The position numbers were made by a program, and so were the translations under genes. From positions 3,348,001-3,412,000 of the forward strand of contig JAUFOQ010000001.1 of NCBI GenBank assembly GCA_040285855.1: a DNA stretch of 64,000 nt, written 5' to 3'. The stretch's first letter is position 1, and each line of letters starts with the position of its first letter. Source of the stretch: Eukaryota sp. GEM-RC1. Lineage: Eukaryota. Shown here piece by piece: positions 37,209-50,054 of the stretch. The notes under the pieces are model-generated. The model was given only the letters and a program-made list of their open reading frames with translations. It did not search any database and was not told where the DNA came from.

Positions 37209-37752
37209 TTGTCAACAGTTGGGTCACCAATATATTTATTGTCTCAATCAGCAATATGCAATAGAATTGCAATATATTTTTATGCCAAATTGTCGTGTTT
37301 TCATTTGCAAATATCAAACTTTCTTCAAACAATTCGTTCAACGTTGTCACAATTTTGTAAGATATGATACAAACAGTTGATCATACTGTTATGAAACAAA
37401 ATGACAAAGGATTCTACATGTAATTGTTCGAAAGATTGTTCGTTCGTCCAATGTTTACTATTGGGACTCTTCGATCATGTTTGCACCCTTCAAGCCTTGA
37501 CAAACAGTTATTTGTACTGTACAACTGACAAGTTTGGCATGATGACACTATTCGAAGAAGTTTTCTCCACAGTCCTTGTCAATATTTGTTGCACCAAGAT
37601 TGGGATGTAATGGACAAAGAATAGACTGTATTACTGCAATGGAATTATTTTCTTTGACTGGTCATTAACATTGTTGTTTCTACATTTTACCAGTATTAGA
37701 ATTACAGCAGAGATATTGGCAATCAATCTATTTATTTATTGTCAAATTTGAC
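37209..37752. mobile_element. Second, TIR-less copy of the 7452-8591 element body
   Basis: Collinear with 7945-8492 (TTGTCAACAGTTGG..CACCAATATATTTATTGTCTCAATC ... TATTTATTGTCAAATTTGAC). Confidence 0.85.
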
Positions 37753-39110
37753 ATCAGCTTTTGTAAACACCAGCTTGCGCTGTTATGCAATGATCTGTTG
37801 TTACAAACCCACCTACTAGTACTTGCCAATTTCGGTTCGGTTTGAGCAAAAGTGTATCAGACGGAGAAATAATTTCTTGAAATCCTAGAATAAATATCGG
37901 ACATATCTCTAGATGAACACAACAATAAAACTCAGGCTTAAATTCAGCATTGTGCCATTACTGTAATAGTGTAGGCCAATTGACGATTCTTGAAACAAAG
38001 AAAAATAAAGTAAAAGATAAAACTTGAATGAATAAAGCTCTTGATGCAGTCACAGCTAACAAGGAGCAAATGACAAAAATCAATGATGGGTAACAGATCC
38101 CAATACAATGAAGACTATGTGTAGGAGAGAGAGTATGATGACGTGAGTAATCCAATTATCGAAAAACAAGTCGCCTGAAAGGAATGCAATCGGGCACCAC
38201 AAAGACAATGAACGTATGACAAACAGTAGAAGGCACTGCTGTTAACTATAATCTAGCAGTGGCGTTCATGATTACTAACAAACAGGCTGTCCATGGTTTT
38301 GTAAGCAAAATTGGAGAGAACTGTCAATTGGAAGAACCAGAAGTGTTACAACGTATAGCGACGTGTCTTTAGTGTTATCAGACGTGTATCTAAAAATAAA
38401 TATTCTTGTCTCTCCTTGTTCCAAGTGCCTTCTGGCAATAGAAGTTCTCAACTCATCTCAAATCAGCATCTTCAACTTCGTTCCCCAAAAAGCACTGACA
38501 GCGTCTCATCGTGGCCATTCCTTCTTAGCTCTAGACAACCATACCCTTCTTCCACTACTGTATGATCTTTAAACTTTTCCTTCTCCTGTTGCTTGCTCAG
38601 TTCACCGCTCCTAGTAATACTTCCTTGGGCTGGTAATTATCTTCTCAAATCGTGACGCTCTTGCATCTCGTCACGTTTCTTTACTAACATCTCTTCTTCT
38701 GTCGTCACTTGGTTACTTAAAAAGATTGATCTACCCTTTTCAGACTACTTTTGTCATAGAAACCTGTTCACACCGAATCTTGCATCTTTTCTTCCTTAAA
38801 TGTTTGTCTCCGATTTGTTATTTTAAGATGGTACGTATTCCAATCATGGTCTTGATGGTACTTGGTTGCTCGCCGTATCATGTTTTCATCAGTCGTTGTC
38901 AACTTTATTAAAACAACTCTTTACTTGACATCAACTGACTGATCGTGTATTCTCTCTTTAATAGTTCAACAATTTAACAATTTAAATCGAATTATTCCAT
39001 CTGTGTTTCCATAGTGTGGAAGAAGAAACTTCTTCTACTTGGACTCTCTTACTGTTTCAGTCACTTTCTTTTATTAGATATTAATTATTTTTTAAAGACA
39101 TATATCGTAA

Positions 39111-41000
39111 CATGGATGCCGAAAACTATATTGCAATATATATTGTACATTTTAAATATTGCAACAAATATACTGTGGTTTGTGAATATTACAATAAATG
39201 TACTGATATTGTCACCTTTTGCAATATATATTGCAATATATTGCACTATTTTCAATTCTTCACAGTGATCATGTGCTGACAGTACAGTTTTTGCCATAGT
39301 TGCTCATGTAAGAAAATGAGGAGGGTTTGTAAAATATTTAATCGGCCAAAAAAGTTGAAGAGAACTACGAATCACTGTTCCACAATTTGGACAAATGGAC
39401 GATGAAAAATTAAAGAATTTGATGGTGATCTCATGCCAATATGATTTATTGTAAAGCAGGAAGAGTTGTTTTTCCAAAAATTTTGAAGTAAGTCTTGTTC
39501 TAAGACATCCTACAGCCAGATCGGCTCTGCTAAAAAGACGCTCAAGAACATAGCAAGAGCAAGAAGCTATGGAATACAGAGCTTTAAGTTTCGATTTTAC
39601 GGTTGAAGAAGCAGATACTGGAGGATCATTGTTTGGTTTCAGAAAACATTTTACAGCTTCTTTTCCTCAGAATTCAACCCTGCTTCGTTAGCTTCGATTA
39701 TCTTGACAATGCCACATTCAAAAGTGAGGAGAGATGATGAAATCACTTGGAGGTGAATACTTGGTATAGTTGTTCATAAAAGGATACCCTTCATGAAGAA
39801 CCGTAAAAGCAGCTTTGGCAGACAAGATGGAAGTTTCTTCATTCTGTAAAAACTTTGTAATGGTTTCAAAGTCCTAGTAAGGTTTTGATACTTCCTTCAC
39901 TGTATCATTTTGATTAAATGACAGATCATATTCTCCCACATCACAACCAAAATGTTCATAGACGCTTAATTCAATGTACTGTAGGTGTCTCCGTATCATG
40001 GACATAGCAGAAGACCAACGTGTAGCATTCCTCTTTAAGAAGTATAGTCTCAGTGGAGTGATGTTCCGAAGTACAATGGAATTCTTTACCTTTCGTAGCT
40101 CTCGGAAAAGACCATCAAGCTGGGTCAAAATTCTGATGGATTCATCTGTAAATGCCCTACTTCAAGAGCAAAGCAATGGGAGGCACAACCAACGAAAGGG
40201 ATCCGTAACAAGTCCACAAGAGAAGTGTTTGTGGGACAGTTGTCACCAACAAGAAACTGTAAGGATTCTCTTGTGCAGTCAAGAGTGAGTCAATAATACA
40301 CATATCACTCCACTTTTCTCCCATTCTAAACAAGAACACTTCTTCTCCAAAAACAATCTCGAAGAGACACTGTGGTACATGTGGCTCCGAAGGACTTCTC
40401 GAAGGCAGAGTATCGTTGCAGGAACGACCAATCAACCATCATAAATGATTGTTGTTAAAAACTTGGTATATTTTCGAGGTGACTAAACAAAAGCGATTTT
40501 TTTTCTAGCACTGTTTCTCTTGAGATCATTTTCTCTGTTGATTTCCTTAGAAGAACTATGAAACAAATGTGTAAGTATACTTACATAAAACAGCTTAAGG
40601 AGCTCAATAATACTCTTTAACGGAGCACTCAGTTTCTGGAGACTTTGGGTTGAGTTGTTTACCAAAGAGTTCTGGCATTCATGTCAGCTATGTTTCTGAC
40701 TGACCAACTTCTTCCACCGTTATATATATAATTTGTATGGTGAGAATGATGAATCTGAAATAAGCTTCATGGAAAAATTTGCTAGACGTATTGAAGATAT
40801 TGAAAGAAAAAGTAGCATATAAAGACCTGTGTGAAAAGAGACTGGAAAACGGTCAGTCAAGAAGGCTGAAGGATATCCCGTATAGGCTTTATTAGAAGTT
40901 TTTGATTTAAGCATAATGTTGACAATAGACACTTATCATAAATAATGTGAAATTAAGTCCAGTAAATTAGTTTCAAAAACTTGAGAAACTTGCTGATCGA
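39111..41000 (-). mobile_element. Degenerate hAT-like transposon
   Basis: Terminus CATGGATGCC with TATTGCAATA repeats; minus-strand LVGDNCPTN...FVGCASH...NATRWSS...DFETITKFLQ...ERLFSRA...RTRLT. The right boundary is approximate. Confidence 0.8.
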
Positions 41001-42420
41001 CGATATCGGCTTTTTCTTCTAATACAGAATTGTCAGATTTTACCTGAATCCCACACAGTTTTTAAACCCACAAGATCATCCACTGTTATGCTACGTGCTT
41101 TTGATTTAGTTTTGGCCTTTGCGTAATATGTAAGATATACAACATTAATTATATTCAGCCGATACAAGGATCATTGGAATATAAGGCTTCCATAGGATTT
41201 CAAGACAGTACTAGAAGAGAGACAATGAGATGTATGAGGCTTCGTGGAAATAAATGACATGAATAAAATGTGTATAATCATTTATGTAAAAGTGTGAGAA
41301 CATGGGATGATGTGAAAATGAACGTTTCTTATAGTTTTTGTACCTCTTTTAAATATAATTAGAACGAAACAATGTTACAAAAGAGTAAAATTTATGTTCT
41401 TGGAATTTTTAGAATACTTTGATTCCAAGTTGGAGTACTGTAAGAAGAAGTTTACTCAAACTAAACATAGAACATGTACTACAGCAAATCATGTTCAATG
41501 TGGTCTTGTGTTTAAACAATTATCAATATAATCAGTTATACAATGTTGGCGAATCATTGTTTTGTTTCTGTTACTGGTAACCTCTTTTAGAAATGCAAAA
41601 GTAATTCGGTCGCGTATCTTGTTGAAGAGTCAGGAAATGGGTTATATTAACACATCGGCTTTGATCTATGTTTTCTGTCAAATAAAATGAAAAATTTCAT
41701 TTTACTTAAAAATTGAATAGAAAACCAAATTTATCTTCTTTTGGTAATGTGTGTTTCATTGCTGACGGATTCTGATTCTCTCTTTCGGTGCTGTCTTTAT
41801 TTTATTTTGGAACTTTTGGCTACAGGATTGTCGGATGGTAGGTGGTTCTGTCTTGGTATAGTCATCTAAGATATTCAATTCCCTCTAAGGACAAAAGTCT
41901 GTTAACAATACACACCTCCAACATACCGATTATAACGATGACCCCAAAAAGGAGATACGTCTATCCGTTATACAAACTCTATGCAAATGCAAATGCTTTC
42001 AAATCTCACTTCACTATCATAACCATCCAATGTTGTCTTCTACCAAATTACTTAAGATGGACTTCAAGTCATTCCCCTTGGAAGTTGTCCTTTGAAAAAA
42101 GATGCTCGTGCTCCTTCCCTTCTGTATCTATTTCAATGTGAATTCTTTTCGACAATCATTACCTACATGCATTACAACTTCTAAGTGAAGTAACCATCGA
42201 AATGAGATCACCCCTGATTGAAACAAAAAGGTAGTGAAATGTGCAAGGTTTGAAGAGAAACATGACTACTAAAACTTTATGGTATTGACATCAAATTAAG
42301 TAGAATAGAAATTAAAACACCAAAACTGCCATGATGCGTACAGTTTGATAAAACAGACTCTATGGTTTGATCTACAAAGAAAGAAGAATTGAAACTAATA
42401 GTATTTACTTGAGTGCTTTT

Positions 42421-42876
42421 TTAAGGTGGATTAACTGTACCTAAGAACGTTAAGATACTTCCCAATCGAACACATATTCTAATAGTTGGTTTAACTTTCA
42501 ACACATCAGTCAATGCTGTAATGCCGTCGTCTCCAATGAAGTTCACAGTGCTACTTACTTTCATTGCATCTGCCAACGGTCTAGCACCTTCATCTCCAAT
42601 GGAATTGCCACTCAGATCAATACTATTAACAGTATCATTTTCTGTTAATACAGCTGCGAATGCTGTAGCACCTTTATCTCCAATAGAGTTGTTCCACAGA
42701 CCAATCTTTGTAACTGTAGCATTCACTACTAACGCATCTGCTAATGCACTGGCACCGAAACCTCCAATGAAGTTTACATCGAGCTCAATTCTTGTGACTG
42801 TAGTGTTAACTTCTAACGCTTCCGCAAATGCTGCAGCACCATAATCTCCTAGAGGTGGAGGTTTAGGATCAGACAT
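42421..42876 (-). CDS. Internally deleted LRR paralog (LRR-only mini-protein)
   Basis: MSDPKPP is fused in frame to the last ~4 LRRs. Upstream (to ~43150) and downstream (to ~42335) flanks match those of 54272-55924. Confidence 0.75.
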   Translation of the reverse strand: MSDPKPPPLGDYGAAAFAEALEVNTTVTRIELDVNFIGGFGASALADALVVNATVTKIGLWNNSIGDKGATAFAAVLTENDTVNSIDLSGNSIGDEGARPLADAMKVSSTVNFIGDDGITALTDVLKVKPTIRICVRLGSILTFLGTVNPP

Positions 42877-44340
42877 GAGAGGTGATGTGAGGATATCTTA
42901 TGTATAGAACTGATATCTTGATCTTGTACTGTAGAAGTGTTGAAGAATGCAAGAAACAACTTCCCTTGATGAACAGTGTGAATCATACCTGTTCGATATT
43001 CCAAATGTATTGAATGTTCTTTTGTACTGTACTTTCATTCCTACTATTTGTTGTTTCAAGACTGTTTTCCATTCAACGTCTAGGAACTTGTACTAATCGA
43101 TATACATCAAGGTAGTATCTCAAGTATCTAGATTTAAATTTAATATCATGGGTCTGTCATCTACCATTTCTTTCAAGGATTTTACATTTAACTCATGTTC
43201 ATTGGTCCACAGTGTTTGGTTGGACGTTTCGCTTCCATTGAGAACTCACAGTCGATTCAGCTCACAATTCTGAGACTGAAAAGATGAGTAGACTCAAGAT
43301 TAAAATTCAATTAAACAAAATTCAATTATAAGGGAAATAAAGATTGAAATTGAAATTCAATAAATAGTAGCTTTGAACGTTTTAAGTTAATTATACTAGG
43401 TTCTGATAGGACTGACATAAAACTTAGCGAGAATATAAAAGTGTAAATCGTCATCAATTGTCATGTGTAAAATTTCCATAATTCAAAGCACGTAATCCAC
43501 TCTTTGGTGATTGATTGAGTCACATAGCGTTTGGGACTATAATAGTTCAATACTAGATAAATTTCAATAATATAAGAATTCACTTTAAGCTTCCGTGAAA
43601 ATAACAGAATCGTAAAACAGTCTCCAACATTGTCTATTCTGACCATACCAGTACAGTATCTTTCATTTGATCTCTCCACTTCAAATCTCTTACTATATAA
43701 GGAATTATATTTCAGTAATTGGCGTATCACAATTTTTGTTATCTGAAATTTCAAATTTTCACCGGCAGTGATGCAAAATTGAAGATGTTTCAAGCTTTTT
43801 CCGATCTTTTCGGTTGTATGAAGTGCGTTGTTTTCTCCATTCGAAATAGCTGATGGTAAAGTAAGATCAATGTGACTCATTGATAATTTCCCACAGTCCA
43901 TAATGTCTTAAAAAGATTCTTATAAAGTAGATGACTATTATTGTCAAGAATAATTCCCCGCTTAAGTGACTGTGACAGTTACTCAGTGTTGTAATGTGCC
44001 AAACAGTCTCAATGTGAAGGCATTTAGTCCTTATCATTTGTAGTTTGGAACTTTAACTTTGGTCATCAAAAGTGCTTTATGATGAGATACATATAATACT
44101 TGTACAAATTAAACTTCAGCTTCGACAAAAACAAACAAATCTACAACTCTCAATAACTTTAAAGTCGTTGAAAAATAGGGAATATTATCAGACATTCTTC
44201 TGTAAGTACTTGAAATTGGATTAAGAACTAAGTAATCACGAAACTTATTCAATGATTAAAATTCTGGTTCTAATTTCAACGGCGATACTTTAAATTCTAC
44301 TATCTAATGTAAAGAGTATGTATCTTTATGATTCAGACAA

Positions 44341-46144
44341 TCAAACACGTTCCACTTTCCATTCATGATTCGGACCTCGGCCAAACAGTCCAAAAACCAG
44401 ATTATTAGGAATATCAGTACTACAAGTAAATGAACGAGGAGAGGGTTTGAAGTAAGCTTTACCATTATAAAAACTAACAATGATTGATTCTCCTTTGATT
44501 ATTCCAGAGAAAGAAGTTGAGGGGGATAAAGAACCTCTGGTACCACCACCATTGGTTTGAAGAGAAGGACTAGGATACTGATCATTCTGAAGACTACTTC
44601 TATCTTTCCAACCAATAAAGTCAGTATAACCATTGCCAACATCATCTAACCTTGTAAATTTAACAGAACAATTGTCTGAAAGATTAACTTCTACAAAACA
44701 ATTACTGTCATCTTGATCACAATTCTTTTTAACAATAGTATTGTTATTTGATAAGGAAAGTCTTGAACCACAATTAGTAGGATCAAAAGTACCAATAAGA
44801 GCTTCAATTCGTCGTCTTTCATTCTCTTCTTCTTCTACCTTCTGTTTAAATTGACGTAAAGACTCAACTTCATTGGTCAAAGTAAACACTTCAGTTTCTA
44901 AATCCTTGTTTTTCAAAAGTAGTTGCTCTTTTCGAAATTACATTGTTTCTTTTCATTTTTCCACTCTTCCTTTTGAAGTTCAAAACTATCAACTAAACTA
45001 GGAATCACGACATTATTCGCAATTTTGGAGATAATTAAAACCAACTCGTCATCATCTCCTAATGGAGTAAGAATCAACGATTGTATTTCTGACCCAGTCA
45101 ACAACGACAAATTGACTGACTCAAGACAATCTTTGACATCACTTGATTGCCAAGAACCTGCTTTTCCAGATGACCAGGACTCAATCAGATTTTGGAGGCA
45201 AAATAGTAAAAAGTTTCGATTATTTGAGGATTTCTTAATCATTTCAAGCAATACTTTTGGATTCAGAGGAAGAAGTTGTTGATGAGAGAAATCTTGAAAT
45301 TGGGAAATAAGTGGAATAACTTCAAATACTTCAGAAGAATTTTCACGATTTAGTATGACCAACACTTTCAGAACCCAGTTCAATGGAATATTTGAAATAT
45401 TGTAACTATTGGAAAAATACTTCAACGAAAATTTGACAATTGTAGCCTCAAAAATAGAATTATCAATGATGGGTGCAATAAGATATTGGAATAAGTCACG
45501 ACCAGTAAGATTCTCAACGTTTAAAATATCTAAAAGGGAATCAAACTGTTCATCATCAATTTGTTGATTGTCAATAGAATTCAGTAAGCAATTCAATAAC
45601 CAAATAACTTGATTTTTAAATTCAAATTCTTGACCAAAAATCAACCAATATTCAAAACTAAGATAAAAACTTTCAGGTGTTGTTTTGAAATCAGAATTGA
45701 AAAACGGTAACAAGTGCTTTAAGAATTCTTGGTCTTGACATTGATTTGCTTGTTTAACTAGAAGAAGTAAAGAATCAGTAGAGTTTGAAAAAGTAGTTAA
45801 CAATTCAAGACAAATAGTCTTGAGATCTTCAACCATAAAGTATCGAGAAAGAACGTAAAACTCATAGAAATTCTCAAGAGTGATCTCTACTGGCTGAGCG
45901 TAGAGATAGGAGAAGAAGGAGCGAAAAGAAGAGGCGGAGACATTGAGAGATGAGAAATCTTGAGCATCCTGGTCGTCTGACAAGTTGAGAGTAAACAGAT
46001 TATGAAAAATTCAGAGAACTGAACGAGGACGACGGAATGGCATGGAATTTGGAGATCTTTAAAGCTAGCGACGAAGTCCTGTTTCAGTGAAGTTTGGAAG
46101 AGGCTATTGCAGAGAGAAGCAGGGGCGATTTGGGTAGAAGTCAT
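44341..46144 (-). pseudogene. BTB - helical - coiled coil - SPRY-like gene, paralog of 18176-19915, with frameshifts at ~46005 and ~44935
   Basis: Three consecutive ORFs (45887-46144, 44913-45983, 44341-44916) reconstruct one protein collinear with the paralog. Confidence 0.85.
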
Positions 46145-46866
46145 TGATAATAGCAGGGGAAGGTACGAAAAATTGCCATTGATAACTTGTCAACTACAGT
46201 AGCATTGTATTTCAACTACTGTAGCTGTTCGATTACTACTGACGCTTGGACAAATGTAACGGTACCGGCTTTATGAACATTATAATAAACGCCTCTCGTG
46301 GTCCATTGTTCTTTGATGTAATAGATTTGACCAACCAGAAGAAAACTGAAACATTGATTTCGGATATGCTATATGAAGTAATTCAACATATTGTAGCACA
46401 ATAGAAAAAACCTTCTATTTAGTCATACAAATAAAGAATAACATCAATACCTAGCAGCACAATATGTTAAATTTGTAATTAATTAATTGCTAATAATGGA
46501 GCTGATTTTACCAAAGCAGGAAAATTCCTCATGAAAAATACGAGACACGTAGATTGACATTGCTTCCTTGTACTGCTCATACTTTTGATTTTGCTTTAGC
46601 CAATGTAGAAGGACGGATTACCACCGTCAAAAATCTCGTTGACATTGCAATAACAATTGTGAAATTCATTCGAAATCATAACTGAAGACCTCTCATGATG
46701 TTTCATCAGATTTCCAAAACAAAACAATACTTTTTCCAGGCGAAACCAGATTTTATAATCGGTTTTGTACTTCTTCAACAAATAATTCAGTGTAAGAATG
46801 AAAAAAAAACGGATTTATGTGCGGAGAAAAACACATAATAAGTTAAGTACAAATAGATAAACACTA

Positions 46867-47545
46867 TTAAAACAAATTATCAAACGAACTACCTAATTCC
46901 GAAAAGTAGTTGCCTCCAAACAACTTGGACAAAATGGAATCAACATATCTATACATAGACCTAAAAATCGAAAAAGCAAATTTACTCTTCCAGTACGATC
47001 TGTTAAACTTCTTGCCAAGTTCTGAACACAAATTTTCAAATAAACTTAAAAACTCCTTGGTAGAAGAACCGAAATTTCCGTACAATGAAACTGCAAAAGG
47101 CTGAAAGACGATATTATTGTGTCTTCGTGAATTCAATGCAGCAACTTGATGTCCATACTTAGACACTTTGGCGTTCTCAGCGTCTTTCAGCGGATCATTT
47201 GAGGGATTCAAAATGTTGGCAATAGCTGAAGCTTTGCAAGGATCAACGGTCGTAAAATCAACAACAATTTCTTGGCATGACAACCAAGGGCCAATAAAAT
47301 CACCACGTTACTGAGTAGAATCAGGGTGATCTGAAAGATGAGAAAGTAATGGTTCGACTTTGCCATGGAAACCATTTGCCTTAAACATTTCCAAACATGT
47401 ATCTCGAAGACTGTTGTGCAAAATTGAACGACAATATATGAACTTTGAACAATTGACCAAATGATGAAAGCTAGCCTTATGTTTGTTTTTACAGATACAC
47501 GTGCTGTTCTGTAACAAACCAAATGGCCAAGTGTAAGAATGTAGT
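46867..47545 (-). mobile_element. RLE-type non-LTR retrotransposon 3' part (CCHC knuckle plus restriction-like endonuclease)
   Basis: CIC...HHLVNC..RSILHNSLRD...KVEP...*RGDFIGPW...VVDFTTVDP...AENAKVSKY...FQPFAVSLYGNFG, with a single in-frame TAA at 47308-47310. Confidence 0.88.
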
Positions 47546-47557
47546 AGTTACTAATCT

Positions 47558-48155
47558 TCTTCATAGAGATGTTCTGGCAATGATTGGACAGTTGATATCT
47601 GATTATAATAGAGCACCGTGCTCGTTTCTAGAGCACCTTTTCCCTTTGTTTTATGGGTGCTCTATTAGGTCGGTGCTCTAAGTCAGAGCACCTTTTTCTA
47701 ATTGTGACCAGATATATTTTTATAAATGCATGCGCTCTATTTGGCAGGTGCTATTTCTTAGAGCACCTTTTGGTGTTGGTATTAGTGGTACTCTATTAGG
47801 CAGGGTATAGTATTTGTGGATACCTAATCACATTCACTTTACATTATTACATGTACGAAGACAAAAACTGTAATTCTAACCTACTAAGTTCTATCGTTTC
47901 TCTACTCTGTGTATCTACACTTTCAGATGACAACAACAAACAATTTTGTGGTATTCATTTTGTTTCATGTCCCACAGAAAAATGGCTAAAATTGTTCATA
48001 AGGAAACGCCAGATTTCTCAGGGAAGTATCCACTTCTCCCCACAGTAGCTTGAACTCTGAAGCGACAAGAATCTTCAACGAAGCTTGGACACTTTTGAAT
48101 TCAACTTAGAAGTACATATGCCAATTTGATAACACTGTATTCGTCATCAAAGACC
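47558..48155 (+). repeat. Local duplication (MITE-like end with AGAGCACC repeats plus flank); second copy at 49389-49892
   Basis: Shared from TCTTCATAGAGATGTTCT to TCGTCATCAAAGACC. Confidence 0.85.
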
Positions 48156-48924
48156 TACTCCCCACAGGTTTCCCCCATTATCCACGTCGACTCCACCTAT
48201 ACATCTCTGGGCCTCACTTTACTGGCAAGTCTTCTGTTGGGCAATTGTTAGGTGAAGCTCAATTAAAAATATTCAGGGCCTTAAGGGTGGCAAGTTTGCT
48301 ACTTGACTTTGCCATTGTTATTCGCACCATTCCTGAAATTGATGCTACAAAAACGATTTGTACAGATCCTGCAGAAAGACTTGACTCTGTGGCTAAATCA
48401 CCCTTGTTCAATGGATTATTTAGAGAACAAAGTTCATCACGATCTCATTTCATTCTTTCAATTCAATTGGTCTCACAAATTCAACAAACTAACAGTAATT
48501 TGTTTTTTGAGGGCAAGTAACGTGTGTTGATTTGAAATGGATTACTGCCCAGGACTTAAGTTGATAAAAATTAGACTAATTCTAGTATAATTTGTAGGCT
48601 CGAATTCAAGAGGTGTTTAAAAGACACTTCGGAATCCCAAAGTAAATCAACATTGTTGAAGAACAAAATAATTGAAACTGAATAAAGAACCATAACCAAT
48701 TCAACAACTGAAACATACACACATCATGAAGCACAATATACGAAAATTAGACACAAAATTGAATTTGATAAATATTCGATATCCAAAAACTCGAAATATA
48801 CTACAATGAATACAGGATATAAAGAACTGTTCAACAAATAGCTCGACACCATTACTAACATAAACAAAACTAATCCCAGATCAATCATCAATCATTTCTA
48901 ACATCAATCAACTATAAGAGATCA

Positions 48925-49390
48925 CTACTCGTCACCCAAAGTCAATGTCTCAGACTGAATGTCGACCCATTCCTCCTCTTCATGTTTCAAATACTGACTG
49001 TCATCAACTGGAACATGAAGCTCCTTACTTTTGTATAACAGAGAAGGTGATCCTTTTGACTTGGAATCAAAAGACAAATTAGTTAGAATAAAAGCTACTG
49101 AAGGTTCAACTAGATTTCTTACATCCGGACATGCTAATAATGACTTGCACAAGAGCTCAATCATTTCTTCAAGGTCAGAACCTCGACACACCAATGATTG
49201 TCTCAAGATTTCTCTTGACCAAGCCAAATGAGCATTACAAGAACCAGAATGGTCTAGACGAGGTTCGATTTGATTTTGAGTGGTAATCATTACAATCAAA
49301 GGAGCAACTGCCGTTTTGATCTGGGGATGAGCTATTGACAGAATAGGTTCAATAAATGAAGCGGACACTTTAAGGTGTTGGAGAGCTTCT
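48925..49390 (-). pseudogene. 3' part of an unknown helical protein, 5'-truncated by the repeat
   Basis: An open frame of ~155 aa whose apparent N-terminus lies inside the repeat. Confidence 0.4.
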
Positions 49391-49892
49391 TCATAGAGAT
49401 GTTCTCGCAATGATTGGACAGTTGATATCTGATTATAATAGAGCACGGTGCTCAATTCTAGAGCACCTTTTCATGGGTGCTCTATTAGGCAGTGTATACT
49501 ATACCCTGTATAGTAGTTGTGGATACCTAATCAAATTTACTTTACATTATTACATGTACGAAGACAACAATTGTAATTGTAACCTACTAAGTTCTATCGT
49601 TTCTCTACTCTGTGTATCTACTAAGTTCTATCGTTTCTCTACTCTGTGTATCTACACTTTCAGATGACAACAACAAACAATTTTGTGGTATTCATTTTGT
49701 TTCATGTCCCAAAGAAAGATGGCTAAAATTGCTCATATGGAAGAGGCAGTTTTCCCAGGGAAGTATCCACTTCTCCCCACAGTAGCTTGAACTCTGAAGC
49801 TACAAGAATTTTCAACGAAGCTTGGACACTTTTGAATCCAACTTAGAAGTACATATGCCAAATTTATAACACTGTATTCGTCATCAAAGACC
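49389..49892 (+). repeat. Second copy of 47558-48155 with an internal deletion and a ~34-bp tandem duplication
   Basis: CTACTAAGTTCTATCGTTTCTCTACTCTGTGTAT occurs twice at ~49584-49651. Confidence 0.85.
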
Positions 49893-50054
49893 AATGAAAG
49901 CCAGATGAAGAACGCATGTCCAGAAGTTTGGAGTAACCGATTAAATGTCACTATTTTTTGAATCACACGATAGATTAGACTAGGAAGAGTAAAACTAAAT
50001 AAGTTCCCTAACAGCGAATTCAGTTAGTTCAACTGGATAGTTGTAGTTTTAAAG

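Noticed and set aside
41842..42180. LINE-like C-terminal zinc knuckle (CPLKKD...LFQC)
   Set aside because: Too degenerate, with key Cys/His residues missing.
44341..44800. Diversity-generating retroelement acting on the SPRY-like domain
   Set aside because: Differences are not restricted to adenines, no template repeat is seen, and the RT fragments are non-LTR type.
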